A DNA stretch of 64,000 nt from Mayamaea pseudoterrestris (lineage: Eukaryota), in the NCBI GenBank assembly GCA_027923505.1, contig BROI01000016.1, positions 62,001 to 126,000 on the forward strand, given 5' to 3'. Under the pieces are notes generated by a model. It saw only the letters and a program-made list of their open reading frames with translations. It had not been told where the DNA came from and searched no databases. Positions within the stretch are counted from its first letter, which is position 1; every line of letters begins with the position of its first letter. Shown one piece after another: positions 50,616-60,564 of this stretch. The position numbers and the translations under genes were made by a program.

Positions 50616-51144
50616 ATCATGTCGGATCGTTCCGTTCCATTGTGCCGTGACGCATAGTTTACCAGGATAAGGTAACTGTTGTTAAGCGATCAATTTTCGA
50701 CATTCGTATAAAAGTTGAGCATCCGCAAATGTATTCTCAACATCCAATTTGCGCCAGCCACTGGCAATTACAACCGTCATGATCGTCATATGGCTTTGTG
50801 TCGTAGGCGACAAGACTCCAATCAGCTCATGCACCTCATAAGTTGCGACATTTACAGTTAGTTGAGCGTGCGAACCTTGATCGTGGCTAGACCGTCGCGT
50901 TCGATGGCGTGAGCGTTCTCGACCGACTTTGACCGCCCGCGAATGTGCCCTTTGACAATGTCAGCATCTTCGAAAGCCGCCATTCCACTAGCGCTAATTG
51001 AGGAAAGCGGACAGCGTGGATTGACTTCACAACGGTTCGTCGAGCGCAACCAAATCACACGGCCACCGCCAGTTCAGAATCGTCGTCGAAAGGTCAAGCA
51101 CGCTTACAATACGCACAATCCTCATTTCCTGCTTTGATCGAACC

Positions 51145-51762
51145 ATGCCAAAGGTCAAGAAAGCCACAACTCATACTTCTGCGAAGAAGACAACCACCAA
51201 GAAGAAGTCAAAGGCAAACGGTGCTTCCAGCAAGTATGCAGGTGGGCCCAAGGATCAGATTTTGGCGGGTCTTGCGGATTGTGAGAGTCTCGGTATTCTC
51301 GTCGTATCACGCCGTCATGCTCTTGCTTTTACAAAGTACCAAAACCTCAACAGTCATGGGTTTGCCGATGCCATGATCGAGCTCAAGCGCGAGGGTATGA
51401 TTGAGTATGTTTCTGGCGATACGGTTGGTCTCACCGACAAGGGACGGAGCGCGACCCCGTCAGTGGCGCCACCAAAGAGCAACGCCGAAGTAATTTCGCA
51501 TCTTCAAGACATTGTCAACATGGTTTGCGCAGCAAGCGGTCCCAAGACTCCCTTGATATTTCAACTACTCAGTGACGGCAAGGAACATTCCACCGAAGCA
51601 GTCCTCAAGGCAACTGGATACAAGCACAAAAACTCCAAGGGTTTTTCGGAAGTGTTGGCAACCTTGTCAGATCTTGGCTTTGTAGAACGCAGTAACGGGA
51701 CGGTCAAGCTCGCGGATTGCGCTTTTCCACTCGGTCGACCAGGCAGCAGCGGCGATAAGTAA
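51145..51762 (+). CDS. Paralog 2: Lys-rich N-tail and tandem winged-helix-like repeats
   Basis: GF..A...LKREGMIEY...VGLTDKG and GYKHKNSKGF..VL..L.DLGFVER.NG.VKLADCAFPLGRP. Confidence 0.8.
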   Translation: MPKVKKATTHTSAKKTTTKKKSKANGASSKYAGGPKDQILAGLADCESLGILVVSRRHALAFTKYQNLNSHGFADAMIELKREGMIEYVSGDTVGLTDKGRSATPSVAPPKSNAEVISHLQDIVNMVCAASGPKTPLIFQLLSDGKEHSTEAVLKATGYKHKNSKGFSEVLATLSDLGFVERSNGTVKLADCAFPLGRPGSSGDK

Positions 51763-52641
51763 TGGCGCCGCTCATCATCGTTAGCGGATTGTCGAGTGAC
51801 ATGTTTCTGGGAATAATATAGTTGTGATTCCTTTAAAACGACTTGTTATCACAATAGCCACGATCAGTCTGTACAATTGATTGATCGTAGCGCCATGGCA
51901 GCGGTCGCGCTTGGCGGAGTGGTCATGCAGTGATCGGTGCGGAAGGCCCCTTTGCGGTTTCAAAGTCAACGAGCAACGCCGCGAACTCGTTACAACAGAC
52001 AGCCCCTTCCAAGAAGACGAGCGAGCATGAACAAAATCTGGATAGCTGAGACGGCGCGCGGTAGGATCCAAGCCATTGGTAGCCCAAACAATCAGCAACC
52101 AGTAAGCTCAAGTCGTGCGGCAATAAAGCTAGCCGACTGGCCCATCGACAACGAATCAATCCAGCAATCGCCTCGTATCAAAGCGCCACAGAATGAATTG
52201 TTTAACAAGTTCGCATGCCCTAATTTTGCCATAAAAGGCACGTCGCGTCGTCGTCCATATTTCTTTGCGTCCATTCATGCTGTAGCTGCAATATTCACTG
52301 TTATAATTTCTCTAGCATGTAAGCAGTCATTGAAAGAAACGACCAAAGCGAACAAGCCAGCCAAGATGCGAGATGAAAGCGAATCATGTTTCGTTGCTTT
52401 TAATCAAGACGCCGCTTGTCCAGTCGAGTCGTCATCAAAAAGGACATGTCGCAAGAGGACAATCGACAACTGGAATGCAAAACATCGTCGCATCATTCGA
52501 TGCTGTCAAACTGCAAGAAAGCTATAAAACGACATTTGGTGTAGAATGTAGAAGAATTAACCTGTAGATGTACTGCAACTCCCTGCAAAAAAACATCGTA
52601 CAAGCATCATTTTGCTTGGTCGGCATGCATCGGGTCCGATC

Positions 52642-52863
52642 GTGCCAAATTTGTCAGAGTACACTCTGACCTAGTGCCAATAACTTTGATTTTCAACGGC
52701 TGTCAGTTGTACACTCCGGAGTACAGTGCCAAAAACTTTGATTTTCAACGGCTGTCAGCGCTACACTCTGAACCAGTGTGCCAATAACTTTGATTCTCAA
52801 CGGCTATCGATAGTACACTTCGTGTCACAGTGCCAAAAACTTTGATTTTCAACGGCTATCGAT
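52642..52863. repeat. Minisatellite, 50-52-bp unit, 4 copies
   Basis: TACACT-N7-9-AGTG(TG)CCAAWAACTTTGATTYTCAACGGCT. Anchors at 52660, 52710, 52762 and 52814. Confidence 0.9.
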
Positions 52864-54282
52864 GAAAGGCTCACCATGGAACAAAGCTTGCCTTTGAGGC
52901 GATATCGTTCGACGATACCTCACCTTTGACACTACCACGCCAGTAGCTTGGTAAAGGAAGATAGCATTGTGTAACGTGCTGTCATGACTATTCATGTGGC
53001 GTGGCGACGAATGGCACGAATCGACGACGCACGACGCGATTCATTCTTTCATCATCAAGACAATCGACTTGCCCATGGCCTTTCCATTGCTAGACACTCT
53101 GTAGGGACATGGTGCCGACTTACAACTACGTCGTGGCATCGCAGATGTGAGAAATGACGAAACATGCCGGCAAGGGGATCCGATCCGGCTACTGGTTGCT
53201 TCACCATGCATATTATGGATTGTTGAGAGCTGCGCCAGCAGATGCTCGCGCACAGGACCCAAGAGTGCTCGCGATGCACTCAACACTTGCACAATCGAAT
53301 GCAATTGACCATTTAAAATGAGTCTCAACTCGTTCATCTTCATCACGAGTGCTCAAACTACCGGAACAGCTGCTGGCTTGGCAGCGTTGTCATTCGGCGG
53401 CTCGCTCAATGCATGCGTGACAGCGAACTAATGTTTGATTAATGTTCGCTGACATCTTGACAGTTGGACTTGGCGCATCCATTGGACCAGCAACATGCTA
53501 GCCATATGCCGTTTCGGTCGGATCATTCCATCGCTTGGAGCAAGAGGCAAATGCGGCAATCGCTATTGATCGGTTGCGTTTCTTGATTTGTAACTCAAAT
53601 TTGGTTATGCGGGACGCAGCCTTGTCGGAGGCAACTCTCCAGCGTCACTCTCGCGAAAGGTCAAGCAGTAGAAGGCAACTCTACATCCACGCGAAACGTC
53701 GAGCAGCAAACTGCAATCATTCGACAAACGGACGCGATGAAGAGCAAGAGCATGTGTAACTTTTAAAGTGTGTGATAATGAACGCTGGTGATCGGTTTTA
53801 TCTGCATCACGTTGCAACCGGCGGCCGAAATCGCGATGTTAGTATACAAGTCGATGGAAGGAATAAGCGTATCGGAGCAATGCCAATCACTATAGTTGAG
53901 GTGCATTACAAGCCTTGGCAAAGACCTTTTGTATCGACGCTAACGTCATTGATGAGGCAGCGCGTCAATTCCATTGCACCTTTTCTGCGAGCGGCGAAAT
54001 GTGTCGAGGTATGGCACACGGAGCGAAGCGATTGATCGCCTTTGACTGCCGTGAAAAGTTTCGTTTCGTGGATTCCTTTACAAAACGCATGGTTGTACCA
54101 TAATGTATAAATTTGCGGTGACTCCTGCTGCCATGCCAAAAGCATCGGAACGATACTTTGCCACCATGTCATCCTATGCCTCTCTCGAAACTTGCACACA
54201 AGATCCAAGCACTCCGAATCCAATTGAAGAGACCGATTTTAGCCGCAAAGTAGCCGCCAGTCAGTTCAAAAAGCCTTTCGCC

Positions 54283-54933
54283 ATGCGATCCTTGCCCAAG
54301 CCAATGGCAAAGCAGGCTCCAATCAGGAAGGATAGTGCAGCCAAGCCCAAGACGAAGAAACCGCCAACAAAAACTAAGCCATCGTCCAGCAGCAGCAAGG
54401 AGGATCCCAAGGCCAAGATTTGCGCCGGTTTGTTGCAACTGGACATGCTTGGCGCGACGCAAATTTCTCGTCTCCACGCTGCCACCTTTGCCAATTACAA
54501 GCATGTCAAGTCGACTGGTTTTGTCGCCGCCACCAAGGCTCTAAAGAATGACGGGTTGATTGAGTATCCGACGGCAACAAGCATTCGTTTGACGGCCAAG
54601 GGTAAGCAAGAAACACCTCCAGTTGACGCACCAAAGTCGAATGCCGATGCTTTGTTGCGCTTGCAAAAGGTGGTGGAGTTGACGTCTGACAAGGCTAGTC
54701 CAAAGTGTCAAGTGATTTGCCAGTTTTTGAGCGACGGCAAGGAGCATTCCATCGATGCTGTATTAAAGGCGAGCGGATACAAGCATGCAAAGTCGACTGG
54801 CTTTGCTACTTGCTTGTCGGCCTTGGCGAATCTTGGTTTTGTGGAGCGCGGCAATGGAAGCATCAAGCTGGCGGACATCGCCTTTCCGTATGGCCGTCCA
54901 GGAGCGACGAGTGTTTCGACGTCAAGCATGTAG
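54283..54933 (+). CDS. Paralog 3: Lys/Pro-rich N-tail and tandem winged-helix-like repeats
   Basis: Internal repeat NYKHVKSTGF / GYKHAKSTGF; ends LADIAFPYGRP. Start uncertain (54283 or 54304). Confidence 0.8.
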   Translation: MRSLPKPMAKQAPIRKDSAAKPKTKKPPTKTKPSSSSSKEDPKAKICAGLLQLDMLGATQISRLHAATFANYKHVKSTGFVAATKALKNDGLIEYPTATSIRLTAKGKQETPPVDAPKSNADALLRLQKVVELTSDKASPKCQVICQFLSDGKEHSIDAVLKASGYKHAKSTGFATCLSALANLGFVERGNGSIKLADIAFPYGRPGATSVSTSSM

Positions 54934-55496
54934 ATGACCAACCATGGACTATTGAGAAAGAAGCACGGCCTGAACTACCGTAGTAACTTGCTTTCTTTTG
55001 CCATTGATTCTTGAATTGTATCAAAGTACCGATGAGCATTGAATGTAAATGGTTTTGTAACGAGCAGCGATGCAACGCGTACTGTGCGGTAGCCGCAGCT
55101 CGTCTTTCCGTCGTTATCAGCTGCATCGACAACATTTGCTACAGCTAGTAGCTGCTTTTGTTTCGACAACCTTCGCATGCTGCACTCGCTGAACTCTGTC
55201 GTTGGTCGTTGAACAATTGAACAAACTCTGCTGCCTTGCTTCCGCCGACGAAAGAATCAAGTCATTGCGTCGTGACGTCAACGTTTCGCTCCGTCATGAA
55301 TTCTGACTTTGCGCCAGTTGTATGAGAGAGCAGAGCTGAAAGCAATCAAGACTGCTCGATTCTGGTGCAAAGCATCATGCATCATGATCATTGTGCGTTC
55401 GATCACTGCACATCAAGGTCTAGCCGTTTCGAAGGCCGTGTCCGACGCGTGCTGAGATCAGTATACTACTGTTAAGACGATAGTAAATTGCTTTTG

Positions 55497-55566
55497 ATGT
55501 CACACTCTCTTGACAGGCAATAGTAATTCGTTTTTAATGTCACTTTCTCTTGACAGGCTATAGTAA
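55497..55566. repeat. Direct repeat (~41-bp period, 2 copies)
   Basis: ATGTCAC..TCTCTTGACAGGC.ATAGTAA occurs twice. Confidence 0.8.
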
Positions 55567-56181
55567 AACAAATATCAATGGCTTTTATGTCTTTTCGCGT
55601 CTCGCGTCCAGTCATCGCAAAATGCACCGCATCATACGCTGCGCTTTAGATACATACGTATTATACCCAGTAGTCCTTTACAATATTCATCGTGTAAAAA
55701 ACGAGCGGATACTGATGACGAATCGATGCAGCAGCCAATGGTTTTGGCCAGGAAATTCCGATGGTCTTTTCGAGGCGACTCCATATTCCATATGATAGAC
55801 GATGCTTGTCGCTTGTCGCTCCGGATCCGGAATACATACTCATCCAGTAACGCCTTTCAATCGACCACAATCATCACTACAATTAGCAAAGGGATTTAGA
55901 ACGAAGAATACTTGTTTTACAAGACCGCTTTCAGTGCTGGTGAGCCTAGTCGCTCCGTTACACTTTCAACGCCGTTAGTCAGCAGTGTCGGAGTGACGCT
56001 TCATTTCGGTTTACAGTTCCACGGTCACGGTCGTTCAAGCAAGAATCCGACGAGGCACCAGCGTGGAACAGCCAGGATGGAGCGTCGTCAAGCGTGATGC
56101 GCGAGCAGCTTTTTGTTTGCAGTTTGCAGCATTCTACTTCATCGCGGCTCGACGCTTGCCACAGTCGCTTTGACGTTTGCC

Positions 56182-56904
56182 ATGATGCCGCCGCACCTGA
56201 AACCAGTCGCTGTCAAGCAAGAGCCATTTGCCGCTGACCATGTCTTGCCTGACGTAGCCGTTTCATCCTTGCCGGTCATGCATATTGCTCCGGATACTAT
56301 TGGAAGCAATGGTGTGGCAGTTGCTCTTCAGTCTCCATTGTTGGCGCACGGCAGCGTGGAGGAAACGATTTGCAAGGCGCTTTCGGAACTGCATACCCTT
56401 GGCATTCACGAGGCTCTTCGCATCCATGTTGCATTATTTTCCAACTACACGCATATCCGCAGTCCTGGGTTCCAGCTAGCAGTTAAGACGTTGAAGAGTG
56501 ACGGACTGATTGAAGACGCTGGTCGCGGGCGAGTGCGCCTCACCGAGCGGGGCCATATCGCTACCCCATTGGTTCATCCACCGCACAGCAACGAGGAAAC
56601 GCTTCACCGCATTGTACGAGTGATTCAGCGCACCTGTGGTAAGCGTGGTGGTGGCGCCAAGGCTGGCTTGATTTGCGAGCTTTTGAGTGACGGCCAATGT
56701 CATTGTTTGACTGACATTATGAAGCAAAGTGGCTACAAGAACGCTCGCTCTACCGGGTTCAACAAGGTTCTCGCTATTTTGACCAATTATGGATTGCTTG
56801 AGCGAACAAATGGAAAGTTAAAGTTGACGGATGTTTGCTTTCCGTATGGTCGGCCAAGTACTGTTGCAGTCTTGCGGCGAACTGTGAAGCAGGAACTCTA
56901 TTAA
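56182..56904 (+). CDS. Paralog 4: tandem winged-helix-like repeats with a non-basic N-terminus
   Basis: NYTHIRSPGF..LKSDGLIE..VRLTERG and GYKNARSTGF..LKLTDVCFPYGRP. Confidence 0.8.
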   Translation: MMPPHLKPVAVKQEPFAADHVLPDVAVSSLPVMHIAPDTIGSNGVAVALQSPLLAHGSVEETICKALSELHTLGIHEALRIHVALFSNYTHIRSPGFQLAVKTLKSDGLIEDAGRGRVRLTERGHIATPLVHPPHSNEETLHRIVRVIQRTCGKRGGGAKAGLICELLSDGQCHCLTDIMKQSGYKNARSTGFNKVLAILTNYGLLERTNGKLKLTDVCFPYGRPSTVAVLRRTVKQELY

Positions 56905-57372
56905 AGGTGTTTGTCTGCGTAAACCGTATAACAATGTATTCTGCCTATATTATGTTTGTGCAGAAGGCATAACACCGTGTAAAGTTCCATGCGCTGCAAC
57001 GAGAATGTCTCCAACCACTTACAGCATGACCTTTAGCATCCAGACTTTATATCTATATGCCCATACCACACGAGAGGAGCGCCAACAACGCATCGAGTAT
57101 GATTGGTAGCTACTTGAAAGGATGCTGGGAAAACTAAACTACTACTCCTATCTCATGCAAACTGGTCAGTGTGTGTGCCCCCGGTCGGACCGGGAATGAA
57201 ACGTCGCATAACCGATGAGACGGAGGCTCATTTTTGGCGACGGACGATGTTCGAAAGTTCGAAATCAATCGACTTTCTTGGAAGCAAGCGAACTCGATGA
57301 GTTGGTCGAAGCGTATGCCTGGACGATTGATGGATACTGGTACAATTAAAAGAGATTATTCCAAATCCCACC

Positions 57373-58053
57373 ATGAAACTGACCATGACGACATTGAGAG
57401 CAACGACGGCCATGCTGCTCGCAGCCCGTACCTTTCACCGCACCAACGCCTTTGTGGTTCGCAATAAGGTTGCTGCCACTTCCTTGACGCAAACCTTTCG
57501 AGAAATTCATCACGCAGGAATGGAAACGACAAGCCATGAAGGCAACGTAGAGGAGAATGAGTTGATCAAGACATACAATAAGCAAGTTACCAATGAGCTC
57601 ACTGCCTCTCAGCTCTACTTGTCGGCTAGTCTTTGGTGTCGCCGGCAAGACTTGGTTGGCATGGCAGCCTACATGAGAGAAGAATCCGACGAGGAACGCG
57701 GACACGCCTTGGAACTCATTGACTTTGCCAACCAGCGCAACTTTCATTTGCAACTGCAGCCGCTTGATGCGCCGCCGCACGAATGGAAGAACGTTTTGGA
57801 GCTTTGGGAAAGCTTGCTGCAGGCCGAGCTTGATAATACACAGGCGCTGAACCACTTGGCGGATCTGGCTGATAATGCGCATGATCATGCGCTTTCGGCG
57901 CTATTGGATCCATTTCACATGGAACAGGTCGAGTCGGAAGACGCCCTTCGCACCATGGTGGCCAAGATTGCCGATGAAGGGAAGACGCCAGGCTTGCTGC
58001 GGCAGCTTGACTCGGAGCTGGCGCCCGAGACGAGACCAAAAGTAGAAAAGTAA
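57373..58053 (+). CDS. FTN: Ferritin, predicted plastid-targeted
   Basis: QVTNELTASQLYLS, EESDEERGHA, ELDNTQ and FHMEQVESE ferroxidase-helix motifs. Presequence ..TNA-F. Confidence 0.9.
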   Translation: MKLTMTTLRATTAMLLAARTFHRTNAFVVRNKVAATSLTQTFREIHHAGMETTSHEGNVEENELIKTYNKQVTNELTASQLYLSASLWCRRQDLVGMAAYMREESDEERGHALELIDFANQRNFHLQLQPLDAPPHEWKNVLELWESLLQAELDNTQALNHLADLADNAHDHALSALLDPFHMEQVESEDALRTMVAKIADEGKTPGLLRQLDSELAPETRPKVEK

Positions 58054-58439
58054 ATTACGTAGACTATACGAGTCGATTATATTATGAAGAATATGATTTT
58101 GCGAATGGAACTATTCGCCAGGTGCTGCTACATTGAAAATGTAGTTCAATCGAATCCTGGCGCACAGCATCGCCTTGCAAAGACAATAGTCGACTACGGT
58201 AGATTGTAATGTTCGTTTGGTACAAACAAATTTCAAGTTCGTGCTTCCGGTAGTGATCTCTCATTCGCCATTTTCACCCGATTGCTATCGTTTTGCGCGA
58301 ATCGCATAGTGTTTTCCCAGTCCGATACTTGAAAAGTTTTGCCGCGTTGGCCCGCCTGCATGCATCGGATACACTTGAGGTTGGCAGCGCTTTTGCATGG
58401 CCGTAGACAATATTATATGTAAGCCATGGCAGCCTCACG

Positions 58440-59640
58440 TTAATGAGTGACAAAGAATACAAATAACGGAGATCCGCTAGAAACAGTTATAGGTCGCCGT
58501 ACCGCCGACAATGTAATTTTAGCTTTGCTTTTTGGAAGCCGAGGCGAACAAAGTGGTGTCGCGCGGGCGTCGCTGGACAGCTTTAAAGGCGCCAGTAAAC
58601 GTAACAATGAGCGCCTTTTTGCGTTCGTCTTCCACACATACTTGGTGACACGCGGATTGGTTCTATTTCGTGCGGCGCCAAAATGAACGACAGTTTCGCA
58701 GAAGGCCCGTAGCAGATCAGATACATCCAGTGTACAGTGCAGTAGGCCGCAACGCTCCAATTTGCGTATTGCGTAAGTACAATAGCAACATGTCCATGGC
58801 CAAGTCTTGAAAGAGCAAATTGCTGTGACGAAACTACGAATGTGCAGTTGCATTGCTGACCAAAGCGCGACCATTGATGCTTGTTCGTGCCGCAAGTGAC
58901 CGACACCGATGGCGCATATGAACCAAACCTGCTCCGGTCCGGCAATGACGTACTCTTGCAAGGCTTGCTCCGCAAAAACCATACCGACCCTTTGGCGAGT
59001 GTGCATTAACATGCAGAGACGCAAGTAACGATTAATCCGTGAGAATGGAAACATCCGCCTCGGCCACGACCACTCAGCATGCTCATCGTTTAATCGTTTT
59101 CGTTCGTGGTACCAAAGCACTGCTCCGTCCACCTATGCGCAAGCAACACGAATGCCGAAAATACATCCATTGATTCGCACATAATGCGCAGTTCGCGCTG
59201 CTAGCGCCATCCGTTGCTCCTCCCGAAAGTAAAAGTGGCGGCAAGCTCTCAATGGCCGGTCGAAGCGCGGATCCAGTGGCTGTTTCGACGGTAATGGTGC
59301 GGCGATGGTCGGCATGCGAAAAGAAATCGTCAGCGAGAGTTCCGTACATGGCGGGTTTGTAATCAAGATACCGATGAATCAATATGGAGTCTTGTGTTTG
59401 TGAATGACATCAATGTCGCTTGTAGAAACGACAATAAACTCCTTGCTGGTAAAAGTGTAGACTAGCTGTAAATTGTCGTTAAACATCCAATGCGAAAACC
59501 TTCATTGACCGGCGAGACAATGAAGCCACGCTTGTCTTGCTATACTGCTCGTCCAGCTCGAACGCTGACGAAGATATTTGGGAAAAGGTCTGCATCGTCT
59601 TCTTCCTTGTCGTCCTTCTTTGCGTACATTGTCATGTCAT
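58440..59640 (-). pseudogene. Possible decayed coding sequence (fragmented ORFs)
   Basis: Several overlapping minus-strand ORF pieces with protein-like stretches broken by stops (e.g. YAKKDDKEEDDADLFPNIFVSVRAGRAV*QDKRGF). No recognised family. Confidence 0.25.
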
Positions 59641-60564
59641 CTGCGAATCAGTGTTTGAAACGCTCGTTGACGACACGAGATTAATATGCTTGCCGGGGGA
59701 AGAAAAAGGCTCGAAAGACTCCAAAATCTGCGCAGTGTCATTTTTGGAACCCTTTGGCGCATCATGTTGCAATCAAATACATGGAAAAGAGGCTTGCTTG
59801 GTCAAGAGCTGCGGTGCAAGTATCGTTGGTTCGTTGGTACGGACGAAATGATTACTCATGACTGTAAAACGTCTTTGCCTTCCAACCTGGCCAAACTTGT
59901 TGTCGAAAATATGTCTTGGAGACCTTGGGATACTGTCTTGGGCAGCAAGCCATCGGACTTTAATAACAGCAAGCTCAGATAATGACATGATCGACATGGA
60001 TGGACGAAAGATCCGATGCCGCGCGATGTGAAAATGGCAAGATGAAAATGAGGCAAGTGACGTCATCCATGTCGTACTGGCTGCCACATCATCCTAGTAG
60101 CTATCAGTCGAGGACGGTCGCTTTTAGCATATTGTAAGCCATGATACCAACCTATGCCGCGGTTTGGAGCGCCGCAGCCAATGAAGGCAGTATCGCATTG
60201 ATTATTACGCATGATGCATGCATGCTTGCTTCTTGCTTGCTTGTTTGCTTGTATGTAAAGGTCTTGTTTGTATTGGATTTGCGATCAAGGTTGCTGGCCG
60301 TCGAACGACTTGGTTTAGACGTTAAATGACGCCGATGCAAAGTTGGCGGTATAGACAGCCTTTCGGCTAGCATACACATAACTTGTTAGCTTCAAGCTGC
60401 GGCTACTCATGATGAATGTCGTCGCTGACACGGAACGTTGTGTGGCACTACGGCAACTCTCGCTCGCCCGTTTCCTTTTTACGCACAACCGAGAATGCGA
60501 GACTGCATGTATTGTGTAAAGTATGTATCTTATGTATGTGTTAGTGGTGGCTGCTACCACCGTT

